From: Trypanosoma brucei
Taxonomy: Eukaryota
Assembly (NCBI GenBank): GCA_000002445.1
Contig: CP000069.1
Span: 1,280,001 to 1,344,000 of the forward strand
Direction of reading: 5' to 3'
Length of the DNA: 64,000 nucleotides
Part shown: positions 20,821-32,652 of the stretch, piece after piece
How positions within the stretch are numbered: position 1 is the first letter of the stretch
Layout of the letters: each line of letters begins with the position of its first letter
Notes under the pieces: model-generated
Database searches by the model: none
What the model saw: the letters and a program-made list of their open reading frames with translations, nothing else
Told to the model about the DNA's origin: nothing
Made by a program: the position numbers and the translations under genes

Positions 20821-22440
20821 ATGGTCTCATGGTCCCGTCCTGAATTCGCGGAAGCATTTTTTGGCAAGCTCGTTAGGAGGCGTTGCATATACGCCACGAA
20901 GGCGGCACTCGACAGTAGTCCCTTTGTGCGCGTCCTTGGTTTACTTTCCCTCGTATCACTTGGCGTCGGTGCCGTCGTTGGCGCGGGTATATTCGTTATC
21001 ACTGGTCAGGCTGCGGCACAGTACGCGGGGCCAGGCTTGACAATCTCCTTTGTGTTGTGTATGTTTCCATGTTTCCTTACCGCTCTCTGCTATGGGGAGC
21101 TCGCCGCGATGCTACCGGTTGCGGGGAGTGCGTACACTCATACTTCTGTTGCCCTCGGGGAATTTGCGTCGTGGACAGTGGCAGTGTGTATGACATTGGA
21201 ATGCCTCGTGTCCGGATGTGCTGTTTCTGTCAGTTGGTCTGCCTATGTTCAGGCGTTCTTGAAGCGGTTTTCTTTTGTGCTGCCGCAGCCGTTGAGAAAG
21301 TCTCCGATTGATGTGGTGGGGGGAAGATTTGTCCTTACTGGGAGTGTGGTAAATTTCCCGGCTGTGGTTATCACTGTAGTGTGTTTCGTTGTACTGTGCT
21401 TAGGCGTCGAACAGACAGCCTCTATGAATAGTTTTTTTGTTGTTGTGAAGCTGGCGGCCCTTGTTTGCTTCGTATTCTACGGAATTTATTATTCGCTGGG
21501 AAACTGGGCGGAGGTCAATGCGAACCTAACCCCCTTTGTTCCACCTAACGACGGCCACTTTGGCCACTTCGGCGTCAGCGGTATCTTACGTGGGGCGAGC
21601 GTGGTTTTCTTTGCAAACGTGGGATTTGACACGATATGCGCTAGTGCCCAGGAGTGCCGCAGCCCGCAGCGGGACATCCCGCGTGGTATAATTTTAACAC
21701 TTCTGTTGTGCTCTACTCTGTACGTGATGGTGACGGTTTCGTTGACTGGCTTGGTGAAATACACCGAACTAGGAACTGATGCACCCGTGATTGCAGCGTT
21801 GGAGAAAGTGAAGGCACCGAGCTTTTTGAGACTTTTCATTGAAGTTGGTACCGTAGCGGCACTGAGTTCGGTGTGCTTCGTCTCGTTCTACGCAATGCCG
21901 CGGCTCATTATGGCCGTGGCAAAAGATGGGTTGCTACCGGCCTTACTTACCCATGTTCACGAGCAGTTCAGAACTCCTATTAACGCCACGATATTCTGTG
22001 GTATACCCGCCACTTTTATTTGCGCCGTGTTCCCGTTGGGGATGTTGGGCGAGCTGATATCATTTGGCACTCTGATTGCTCTTGCTTGTGTGTGTGTGTC
22101 CATGTGGAAGATCCGCATTGATCACCCCGAGTTCCACAGACCGTTCGTGGCTCCCCTTTTTCCCTACGTTCCTATTCTCGGGGCTCTCCTGAACGCCGCG
22201 CAACTGTTCTTCCTACCTTTAACGACATGGCGCAACTACTTTGTTGTTATGGCAACAACATCGCTGTGGTACATCGTTTACGGCATCCGCCACAGCACGG
22301 TAGGAGAGGACGGAATCACACGCCGACCGGACTCACTACTTGGCACAGTGGAGCCTCCGTTGTGCGAGGCACTGGAGGGAGTACAGGGAGCCGGTGGCAG
22401 TTTGAGCATTGAGTTGACTGAGCGTTATGTCCATAATTGA
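20821..22440 (+). CDS. amino-acid permease, APC superfamily (cationic-amino-acid-transporter-like), ~12 TM segments
   Basis: LGLLSLVSLGVGAVVGAGIFVITGQAA signature at the first TM pair. Alternating hydrophobic segments throughout. Track start 20812 is TTG; ATG at 20821. Confidence 0.85.
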   Translation: MVSWSRPEFAEAFFGKLVRRRCIYATKAALDSSPFVRVLGLLSLVSLGVGAVVGAGIFVITGQAAAQYAGPGLTISFVLCMFPCFLTALCYGELAAMLPVAGSAYTHTSVALGEFASWTVAVCMTLECLVSGCAVSVSWSAYVQAFLKRFSFVLPQPLRKSPIDVVGGRFVLTGSVVNFPAVVITVVCFVVLCLGVEQTASMNSFFVVVKLAALVCFVFYGIYYSLGNWAEVNANLTPFVPPNDGHFGHFGVSGILRGASVVFFANVGFDTICASAQECRSPQRDIPRGIILTLLLCSTLYVMVTVSLTGLVKYTELGTDAPVIAALEKVKAPSFLRLFIEVGTVAALSSVCFVSFYAMPRLIMAVAKDGLLPALLTHVHEQFRTPINATIFCGIPATFICAVFPLGMLGELISFGTLIALACVCVSMWKIRIDHPEFHRPFVAPLFPYVPILGALLNAAQLFFLPLTTWRNYFVVMATTSLWYIVYGIRHSTVGEDGITRRPDSLLGTVEPPLCEALEGVQGAGGSLSIELTERYVHN

Positions 22441-23131
22441 GTGGGTGGCCTTTGCGACCCGTATTGTATGGTGGGTGAGCTAGAAAAGGGAGAGGGACAA
22501 GCGTATACAGGTTATTTTTTTCATACTTTTTCCTATTAATATACCAGTTTCTCTTTTTTCTTTTCCGTCTGTTGGAAGTAACCTTTTCGTTGCTACACGG
22601 TAAGTTAAAAGTAGGCTGCCTGGAAGTGGGTGTGTCTATGTACATTAGTTTCGAGTTGGCACTGACCAACGGGAGTGGCGATCGCTCCAGGTGAACCGCT
22701 GCCAGATCTGCAAACAGGTTTGGAGCCGGTGACATTTGGGAGGATGTATGCGACAAGCCTGACTGGGGTCTTGAATTTTATTCTTCATTTACTACCGCTG
22801 CCCAAGTCCCTTCGTGTCGTGGGGGGTGCACAACAAAGTTAGACTATATGGACGCATGTGTGTTTGTGCATGCATGTCAGTGTCTGCTTGTGTGCGTCTA
22901 TGCTTTCAGCAATATAGCTTCTCTTTTTTCATTGTTTCATTTTGCTTCTTTCCATCCGATAACAGACAGTGAGGGGACATAAAGATAATTTACACCCGGT
23001 ACATAATTTAATCCAATAGAGGGACGTTAGGTAAAAAAAAGTGTAAAAAAAAGAAAAGAGAGGCTTTAAATCCAAGAGAACGAAAATAAAAAAAAAAAAG
23101 GGAGCAAGTGTTCGCTTCTGAAAGTAAATAA

Positions 23132-24232
<1,101 letters not shown>

Positions 24233-25229
24233 AGTACGCATAGACTACACCGGAGAGGGGTTTATTTTGCTTTCCTCTTGCTTGTATTGCATCTATAGAG
24301 TAAATTTAACTAGGTATCATACAACGTTGTGCTTGATCGAAAAGATTGTGGAAAGGAGGAGGTTAGTTTGTTTTTTTAAAAAGGAAAATAAGAGAGGGAA
24401 AATGAAGTGTAAGAAACGTCTGGGTGCACTTTCAGGTGGGGGCGGGCGACGTGTTACCGTTAAATTGGCTCCTTTGTCAGGGCTTGTGCGTCTTTACCCT
24501 CGGGGGCCCCCTGGGAAATTGGAGAGGAATGTGAAATGGAGGCGGGAAAAGAAAGGCGAATGAATGTCTGTGCGTGCGCGTGACCACGGTGCTGTATGTG
24601 GAAATTTATGAGGGGTGAGATGCCGAAACTAGCGCTGTGTCTTTTTTTTTTTTGCTACTTCGATCCGCTCTCCAGCGGAGTTTCGTGCTCCGCGACCGCC
24701 GTGCCGTGCCCATCTGCACACCTTGTTCGTTTGTTTTTTCCCGCTAAACTTTTTTTATTTACTTTTTACAAACTGACTTTCCTTCATATATCAAAAAAAA
24801 ACTTGTCGACCGTCCCCCCTTCCCCCCTCCCCAACGGTTTCTGTGCAGCAGTGGCCGGCAGTGTGGCGCTTTTTCCCACTCGGCTTTTGAGAACTGTCCT
24901 TTTTACTTCCTTTTGTCGGCCCGACCCAACGAATAGGTAAGGTTGGTTACTTTCATTCCCACCATCTTTTCCCCCTTCCCCATTCTTCTCGTTTTATTTT
25001 ATTTGGACCCACCCGTTGCCACATATTATGCGGTCCATGAAAATGGTAGCAAAATTAGTGCGGGGAAGGCGAAGGGAAGGCATCATTGGAAGGAAACGTT
25101 GAATCTGGACTGGAGGCACTCCTTTCTTCCAGTTAGTGAATTTTCGGGTTTACGTCCCACTTTCCTATTAGTGGTGGTGTCTTCGTTCAAACGCATTGTG
25201 TCGTCACCTTGTTGGATTATTTGCTTGTG

Positions 25230-26084
25230 ATGGAGTCTTTTAAGGGGTTGGCGCGACGAGTAACGCAGAGCGTCAAGGAAAAGGTGAGTAATGTGGAGCC
25301 TACTGAGGAGGATGAGGCACTGGCCCAAGCATGCAAAAAGGTACGCCAGTTGGAGAAGGTTGGTAAAGTTCTTGAGGAAAAGTTTGTGCGTGCTTCCATG
25401 CTCATCGAAGAATTAAGTGGGATACTTAAGGAAATTGGACTGGAGTACATGCGCGTCCCGGATGTGCAACCAGAGTCTGAAAAGGTGGCAAGGGATTTGT
25501 TTTCCCTCGGAAATAGTCTCCTAGACTCCAGTGTAGCACAAAGGAAGGAGCTGAAGGAGGACGGCACGGATATGTTGAGTGCTTTTCTTAAGAATGTGAG
25601 TGTGCTTGATGCTTCAGAGGAGTCGTACCGCAAGTTTCGATTAGAGCACAACTTTCAGCGAGAGAAAGTGTGGAAGTTACGGCGGGCAGAAAGTCAGGAT
25701 TCTGACCGACTCATACGAAACGAATGCAAACTGGAGGACTGGCACGTGAAGTTGTGGACCGCTGGCGAAAAGAGTAGGGCTGCCTGCTCGCAGTTATACT
25801 ACGACGGTCGCACCTCCATTGATCTTAGTGTTATGTCATTCACCAAGGTTCTGTCAGCCTATTTCGGTGCTGTTGGAACCAAAATGAACGAGATGTTCAG
25901 CTCTATTACTCTACCGACGTATTCAACCGAACCTCTGCTTCCCCCAACGAAATTGCCACCTAGTTCAGCGCAACTTTGCAAACCGCCAGTGGGTGGCACT
26001 GCCAGTGTTCCAGAGCCTGACGAGCAGCAACAAAATCAACAAGTAGTGGATAGCGATGTGGTCACAACACATGTGGCAGCTTGA
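25230..26084 (+). CDS. hypothetical protein; N-terminus resembles an N-BAR domain
   Basis: MESFKGLARRVTQSVKEKVSNVEPTEEDEALAQACKKVRQLEKVGKVLEEK parallels the endophilin/amphiphysin N-BAR opening (M..GLKK...A.Q..SEKVG..E.T..D..F...). Helical, charged. Pro/Gln-rich tail. ATG at 25230. Confidence 0.55.
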   Translation: MESFKGLARRVTQSVKEKVSNVEPTEEDEALAQACKKVRQLEKVGKVLEEKFVRASMLIEELSGILKEIGLEYMRVPDVQPESEKVARDLFSLGNSLLDSSVAQRKELKEDGTDMLSAFLKNVSVLDASEESYRKFRLEHNFQREKVWKLRRAESQDSDRLIRNECKLEDWHVKLWTAGEKSRAACSQLYYDGRTSIDLSVMSFTKVLSAYFGAVGTKMNEMFSSITLPTYSTEPLLPPTKLPPSSAQLCKPPVGGTASVPEPDEQQQNQQVVDSDVVTTHVAA

Positions 26085-27240
26085 TTTCTGCAGAATTAGC
26101 TGCGGTACCTTTTTCGAGGTTGGCAGTTCGTGCCGTGAAATCATTTTTTTGCGATGGGTGGTGCGTAAACGTTTGTGTGGAAAATGTTTACAAAAGCGAT
26201 CGCTGCGTCCGTGTCATCGTGTTTGGGCGTCAAATCGCCTCTTGCTGTCTCCTGGTCTGCCAGCGGTTAACCCTTCGGCCATTTAGTAAAGTGAGGCCAT
26301 TATTTCGAGGCTATCGAAGTGATCAGAAGTTTGATACTCTTTGCACTGACTGTGATTAGTTCCTTGATGTACTGAGGGAAACATAAAGCGCTTATTACTG
26401 TTTTGTTTTCATACGGTTTGTTGACGGCTACATCCACCGCCTGCTGCTCCTTCCTTTTCAACGTGCTGCCCGGTTTGCCGTTGAGAATTAACTTCGGAGC
26501 TCAGTTGCTTGAAGGCGCTGAACGACCACGTTTGGGGCTGTGGCGAGTGGTGCGTTGATTTGTTTCTAGAGGCGCCATCGACCTGCTTTAAGCCATGTTG
26601 CGACCACTAAAGAAAGGCACACTTGTGCATGCCTCGATGATTCTCGTGTGTTTATCGGTCCGTTGCAATGTGTTGAAGACCGTACAGGTCACCATGAATG
26701 CTGCTTCAGAACCAAGCGGGAGAAGAGTACAGACAACATAGGCGGTGTTTTTGTGTGCCGCAGCATGCTGTGCGGTTACTTGTGTGGAATAAGTTGGAGG
26801 AACTCTCTGGAACAATGGGCTTGAAATGTCGAGTTCCACATACTGGTACACTGTGCACATTAACCAGCTATAAGATGAGTGACGGTTGGAGTCGAAGTAC
26901 ACTAATTCTTGCGCCACTAGGTTTACCTGTAACCGTTCTCGGTTGATACAGATTGGTCTAATCACTTTTTATTAGCTGTGCACCGGTCCATGCACTCGAC
27001 TTCATGCTGAAGCATCATTAACTACCTGTTCAGCTTCCGGGTGATCCAATCGCTCGCAGATTTCACCGAGTGGACGCCGCTACGTGCAGCTACTCGGTGC
27101 GTTGTGAGGTCACTTGACGATGGCGGTTTGTGGCAAAGGTGGCAATGAATTCGGAAGTGGCGTGTTGTTTCGTTTTGCCACGTTATAACCTACCAAGGTG
27201 CGTGTCTGGAGGTGAAAGTGACCGTTTTCGTTGCCTTGTT

Positions 27241-27383
27241 GCCTCCCAACTTCTCTTTATTTTCTTCCGTATACATAATACGGCTAATACCGCTGTTCCC
27301 CTTTTCGACATTTTTTTTGTCTCCTTTCCCACTGCTTTGTTTAATTAATTCTAACCCTCATTTTTCGTTGCTGTATTTTGAAG
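27241..27383 (+). promoter_or_regulatory. polypyrimidine tract plus AG trans-splice acceptor candidate upstream of the L9 gene
   Basis: Long C/T-rich run (cctcccaacttctctttattttcttcc ... tttttcgttgctgtattttgaAGgcAG) ending 20-25 nt before the ATG. This is the generic kinetoplastid SL-addition signal. Confidence 0.4.
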
Positions 27384-27405
27384 GCAGAGGGGAACCGTAA
27401 AGAAT

Positions 27406-27969
27406 ATGAAGATCAAGTCGCACGACCAAATCACCTTCCCTGAGGATGTCACCGTCTCCGTAAAAGACCGCATCGTAACGGTGAAGGGGAAGCGTGGCAC
27501 GCTCACAAAGGACTTGCGTCATCTGCAACTTGACTTCCGCGTGAACAAGAAGCTCCGTACCTTCACTGCGGTTCGTTGGTTTGGTAACAAGATCAATAAC
27601 TCAACCATCAACACCGCGCTCTCGCACGTGCGCAACATGATCACTGGTGTTACAAAAGGGTTCCGCTTCAAGGTGCGTTTCGCATACGCTCACTTTCCCA
27701 TTTCTGTGACGGTGGAAAACCAATTGGTGGAGATCCGTAACTTCCTTGGGGAGAAGCGTGTCCGCCGACAAGTGGTGGCAGACGACGTGAAGGTCTATCG
27801 TACGGATGCTGCACTTGTCAAGGATGAGCTCGTGCTCGAGGGGAATGACTTGGAACAGGTGTCTCGTGAGGCTGCTGTGATGCATCAGCTCTGCCTAGTG
27901 AAGAAGAAGGATATCCGTAAGGTTCTTGGACGGCATCTACGTGCAGACAAAGACCAACATCGAAGTTGA
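27406..27969 (+). CDS. RPL9: 60S ribosomal protein L9 (uL6); the C-terminal ~15 codons are out of frame relative to the conserved ending
   Basis: Near full-length match to eukaryotic L9 (MKIKSHDQITFPEDV...AYAHFPISVTVENQLVEIRNFLGEKRVRRQVV...LEGNDLEQVSREAA). After KKKDIRK the ORF reads VLGRHLRADKDQHRS-stop. The adjacent frame reads FLDGIYVQTKTNIEVDE-stop (taa ~27975), which matches the conserved L9 C-terminus. Confidence 0.85.
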   Translation: MKIKSHDQITFPEDVTVSVKDRIVTVKGKRGTLTKDLRHLQLDFRVNKKLRTFTAVRWFGNKINNSTINTALSHVRNMITGVTKGFRFKVRFAYAHFPISVTVENQLVEIRNFLGEKRVRRQVVADDVKVYRTDAALVKDELVLEGNDLEQVSREAAVMHQLCLVKKKDIRKVLGRHLRADKDQHRS

Positions 27970-28861
27970 TGAGTAAGAGGATTTCTCCCTTTCTGACCTG
28001 CCACATTTTTTTCTTTTTCCTTTTCATCTTATTTACTCATTTTGCGTCGAAATACTGTTCCTACCAAGGAGTTTCTTCGGTGGCCATGGGTGTCTTCGAT
28101 GGTTCGAATAAACCGACGCCCACCCCTGCATTGTAGTCTGGTGATCCCCTGGAGATGCCACATTAAGTATAACTTTCTCATATTTTTCTAATTTACATTC
28201 CCTACGCGTCTTGCGCTTGGGAGTCGAAGGAAGGTCATGAAGTTTCCTCTCAGCTATCTAGAACTTACGGGAGGAATCCCCTCTGTAGTGTTTTCGGTGG
28301 AGGGCGGGATAACGCTTCCACATAAATACACTTCCTCCGGTATTTCTTACTGTCTTGTTGGGCGTAGGCGCTGCTGTTGAGGGTGTGAGTGATGGGACGG
28401 CGGTTAATGCTGTTACTGAGCTGTAAGCGGGGCGGATGGATAATGCCACTTCATCATCCCGCTGCTTCAATGTTTTCAGCGCCTCTTAGTTACCGGCGGC
28501 TGTCGGCGTGGCGTGTAGGTCCTTCCACGGAGATCTTCTCTGCTTGTAACTACACAAGTTTTTATACTTGCGGCGGCGTATTTCACGTTGCGATGCCTGA
28601 GCTATTTCGTATTCAACTTAGGCGTTCACCGTTTGCTTCACCCGGGTTGAGTTACACGCGGTAGAAGACATTAATACATGTTACATTAAAAGTGGACGGA
28701 TATTTCTTTTTTGTTTTCTTTATTTTTTACCTTCTCTGTGCTGTTACGTTGTTTCGGGAATCCACACTCCTTTGTGTAGGGGCTGCACCCACGGTAACAA
28801 AAAAGGGGGTAGAACATAGAGACAGCACGTGGCGTGCGGGCGTTGGCTCCTTATCTGAGCC

Positions 28862-29833
28862 ATGAGATCGTCTCCCCGTTTAGCCATGTCCATGTGGGAT
28901 AATCCTGCATTTGAACACAACCCCCTCACCCGCTACTGGAAGCGCATGATGAAGCGCAGCGGTGAGACGCTTACTTCTCATAGTATTCCTCGACACATAC
29001 ATGGGTATATCGAGTCATCGAATCCTCGCACAGAGTGCCTCGTCAGGTGGTTTCCCTACAAGCAGCAGATGACTGTGGATGGCCGCTACGTACCAACCCT
29101 CGGTGACATTATCTACACGCATTACTTCCCAAAGCAGCTTGACGACGACCAACGGGTTAAGTACGTCGCTTTGAAGACTAACAGGTCTGAGTTGGAGGTT
29201 GCGGAGGAGCTCTTTCTAATGCGCAAGATGAAGCTGTTTGTCTCACAATTACTTCGGAACAAGCTGCAAAATAGGCCTTTGAGAATGCCGGATGGAGTTG
29301 ACTATTCGGGCATCGAACGTCGCTACACGCTTGGCATCGCCAAAGTGGCGCAAGCAATGGGTATGAGCATGTACCGCTCGCAGTCGTACGACCCCACTGT
29401 AGTATATTCGCCTTATTTAGATTTTGGTGATTGTATTGACTGCGTCTGCACTAAGCAGCTGCGGACTTCGAGCCAGTATTTGCTTTGCGAAGTCGCTGTG
29501 CATCGTGGCATTGCACGGAGCCGTTTGACTGACGTGACAGAAGATCCAAAGGAACCCCTATCGCACCTTGAACCATCTCTCTACGAGTTCGTCAAGTTGA
29601 GACTGGGTATACTCGCGGTTGCAGCAAAACAGGAGCATTATGTTGTCGACCACATGTTTGACGGGGGACATAGGTACGGCGGGTGCCTAATCCATCTCTT
29701 CCCTTCCCCACTCGATCCAGAAATCATCGATCATGAGGTTGAGCATATTGAGCTGGATCTTGATCTGGCGCGGCGCTGGATGAAACACTACTACGACCAC
29801 TACGTCGCTCCCAGGCGATCGGGGCTTGCATAG
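28862..29833 (+). CDS. hypothetical protein, 323 aa
   Basis: Clean ATG-initiated ORF co-oriented with neighbours. Mixed composition, no recognisable motif. Confidence 0.6.
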   Translation: MRSSPRLAMSMWDNPAFEHNPLTRYWKRMMKRSGETLTSHSIPRHIHGYIESSNPRTECLVRWFPYKQQMTVDGRYVPTLGDIIYTHYFPKQLDDDQRVKYVALKTNRSELEVAEELFLMRKMKLFVSQLLRNKLQNRPLRMPDGVDYSGIERRYTLGIAKVAQAMGMSMYRSQSYDPTVVYSPYLDFGDCIDCVCTKQLRTSSQYLLCEVAVHRGIARSRLTDVTEDPKEPLSHLEPSLYEFVKLRLGILAVAAKQEHYVVDHMFDGGHRYGGCLIHLFPSPLDPEIIDHEVEHIELDLDLARRWMKHYYDHYVAPRRSGLA

Positions 29834-30630
29834 TGTGACTTTGTGGTCCATCATATCGTGTGGCTATTGATGTTTCTGCATGTTGCTGAGAAGCTTTTAG
29901 CTCAAGTGGTTGGTTTGCGGGTTCGTGTCGCACACAGATAACCTGCAGAGGCGGGGTGCCGTGGTGTCAGTTTCCCCCAGAACCGTTTAATGAATCTCGT
30001 TCTTGGAGGCCGTCACTGTCTGTCGCTTCTTGGTGCTTTTGGAAGCTTTTTCATTGCTAGGAACGCCTCCTTGTACAGGGAAAGTGCGTCCGCACCGAGA
30101 CGGCAGTGACACCTCAATCTTTTCCGTGCTATATGATTTGGTCTTAGAGGACATAGCGACTATCTCAACCCTGGAGACTAGTATCTTCTCGACGAGGATT
30201 CATAATGGAGAAAAGCGCTGTAAAGGGCAACAGAAGTAGCATCGTGTTTCGACTTATGATTGGACAGATGAAGGGTGAGAAAGTGAATACCTGTGAGAGA
30301 AGTGGTTCCCCCTCCGCACCGACATCGAATAGCAAGCCCATGCATATATGTTTGTTTGTATGCGCGTCAAAGTTGTTGGATACCATCGTTCGCGGTTAAA
30401 AAAAAAAAAGAAACAGGTTTGTCTCTTTTTGTTCGTTGAGGGACTTTGACTTCCTCTTTTTGTCGCTTTCACTACCCTTTGGAGTTGTCATATTTACTTT
30501 TTCACTGGTTGTTCTCTTTCTATTGCCTCTCTCGTCTTTCATACTTGCAGCCCCTCTGCGTTCAGTTTTAGGCCGCGACAGCGTTTTTTTTTCAATTAAT
30601 TTTGCGGCGACTTTCGTTTGACGTACAGCA

Positions 30631-32652
30631 ATGACGCACGTTGGTGCTGCGCACAGCTTGCCTCCTCAATTTGATTCGCTTAGCCCAGAGGAGGTTGACA
30701 TGCTTCGTGACTCTTTCATTTATATGGACCGTGATAACGATGGTCACGTGAGTAAGGCTGAGTTACTTGATATGGTCTTTCGCTGTGTGGGTGAGGAGCG
30801 GTATGGACCATTGGTTTCGTACCTTCTTCCGCTGTTCGATGTGGCCGACAAGGATGGTGATGGCAAATTGAGTCTCGCCGAGTTCGTAATGTCTTTTGTT
30901 GATGGTCCTGGTGTTGTCCCGGCGGAGGTAATAAATAGCTGCGTGTCGTCAATTCGCGTTCGTCTCACAGATGAAGAGATTGTAACGCTGCAGGATTCGT
31001 TTCGCCGCATCGACACGAAGGCTGATGGCTACATAGACAGGGAGGAACTGCTTGCTGCTCTTAAGGAGAATCTCAAGGATACATTCCCCGATCTGAGAGA
31101 GAACAACTTTAATGACATCGTCGCCGTTATTATGGCCAGCGCGGATGTGGACAACGACGGTCGCTTATGCTTATCAGAGTTCATTCGTTCTTTTCAAGAA
31201 GACCAAGGCGTGTTGCCAGCCGTGTTTGTGGATGCAAGATCGAATGGCTTTGTGCAACATCTTTCACCGGCGGAGGTTGAGGTTCTCCGGGAGGCCTTTG
31301 CGACATTGGACAAAAACCACGATGGTTATGTGGAGTTTGCTGATATATACGAGTCGCTGTGGGAGGCCGTCTCCGACGAAAACTACGACAAAAATCAAAT
31401 ATATGAGCTCTGTGATCTCATAATGGTCACAACAGACCGCAGCAAAAGCGGCGTCCTAACTCTGGGGGACTTTGTTCGGGGGTTTATTCGTAACGTCACC
31501 TTGGTGCAACTTCCCGTCGCAACTGCACATGAAGAAATACTACGTTGTTGCGAACGTGTGCAACTGTTGTTCGAGAGTGGTGAGCTGGAGCGGCTTTCAG
31601 GGTACACTGAAACTGGTGAAAACACAACGAAATGTGTAAATCCTGGTGGCCTCGTGTCTGTACTTAGCAACGTGTTTCGCGATGGCTTCCCTCTGCTGGA
31701 GGAAGAAATTCTTTCATCCGTAATAGGTGCCCTCGTGGCTGCGTCTGAAAACGATCTAGATAAGAAATTTGGAATTGAGGAGTTTATTTCATGCTTCGCC
31801 GGGGGTCCGTGCTCTTCCTCTGACGGTGTCGGGTTGCTGGATCACGAGAACGCTATTTCTGAGTCAGACGTCCAAACTGTTTCGAGGCTCCTCAGGGACC
31901 TGGGGAAAAGTGCTGATGAAGGCGGAAATGTGCAAGAGCCATTTGTGCTGGAGGCTGTCAGAAATACCTTCCGCGATGATCCAGAGAAGGCAGACCGTGT
32001 CGTGCAGTATGTGCAATACAACACAACGTGCCCATCCAACCTTGGTTCGGGGGTAGGAGGGTTGGGTTCCTCTTCCAAACTCCTTTCTAGTAAGGAGGAT
32101 TCGGCAAGCTTACCCACAAAGAAGTTCTCAGGGCCGGTGCGGGGTGTAGACGCTGCGGTTCAATGTGAGCAGGTCAGTGAGACTCAGGGGGAACCGGAGG
32201 AGGAAGAGGAGGAACTGCGGGTGGCGGAACCACTAACAGAAAAGGGAGTTGGAGGAACATCGCTCGGACTGAGGGATTTACTGAAAACAAGCAGCGGGGC
32301 TAATGTGGGAGCAAAGACGGGGAGATTGCTTACGTCGCGTCCAGTCTATCGTAGCATGCGGATTTCAGAGTGGGCCGCGAACCAGAGAAGTGGGTTGAAC
32401 CTTTCTGATGCAACCATAGAGGGTAAGCAAAAAGGGTTCGACAGCAAGCTGCGGAAGGAGTTTGAAAAGTTTGCTGAGGGAAATGATTACATTGAGCGCA
32501 GTCGGTTTGTGAAGTTGTACCTCTCGATGGAGCATTTCGGTCTGCCGCCCAGTGAGGCGCAGGTGAACGAACTTGTGTCCCGCTACTGTAGGGGTGACAA
32601 GCTCAAGTTCAATGAGTTTTGTATTATCATGTTGCGCCGTGTTGGGATGTAG
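30631..32652 (+). CDS. multi-EF-hand calcium-binding protein, 673 aa, at least 6 canonical EF loops
   Basis: DRDNDGHVSKAEL, DKDGDGKLSLAEF, DTKADGYIDREEL, DVDNDGRLCLSEF, DKNHDGYVEFADI, plus further degenerate EF-like pairs and a C-terminal helix-loop pair. Confidence 0.8.
   Translation: MTHVGAAHSLPPQFDSLSPEEVDMLRDSFIYMDRDNDGHVSKAELLDMVFRCVGEERYGPLVSYLLPLFDVADKDGDGKLSLAEFVMSFVDGPGVVPAEVINSCVSSIRVRLTDEEIVTLQDSFRRIDTKADGYIDREELLAALKENLKDTFPDLRENNFNDIVAVIMASADVDNDGRLCLSEFIRSFQEDQGVLPAVFVDARSNGFVQHLSPAEVEVLREAFATLDKNHDGYVEFADIYESLWEAVSDENYDKNQIYELCDLIMVTTDRSKSGVLTLGDFVRGFIRNVTLVQLPVATAHEEILRCCERVQLLFESGELERLSGYTETGENTTKCVNPGGLVSVLSNVFRDGFPLLEEEILSSVIGALVAASENDLDKKFGIEEFISCFAGGPCSSSDGVGLLDHENAISESDVQTVSRLLRDLGKSADEGGNVQEPFVLEAVRNTFRDDPEKADRVVQYVQYNTTCPSNLGSGVGGLGSSSKLLSSKEDSASLPTKKFSGPVRGVDAAVQCEQVSETQGEPEEEEEELRVAEPLTEKGVGGTSLGLRDLLKTSSGANVGAKTGRLLTSRPVYRSMRISEWAANQRSGLNLSDATIEGKQKGFDSKLRKEFEKFAEGNDYIERSRFVKLYLSMEHFGLPPSEAQVNELVSRYCRGDKLKFNEFCIIMLRRVGM

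Noticed and set aside
28095-28115. GGTTCGAAT T-loop-like motif that suggested a tRNA gene
   Set aside because: Flanking bases cannot form a T-stem, acceptor stem or D-arm. No tRNA-like cloverleaf found anywhere in the window.
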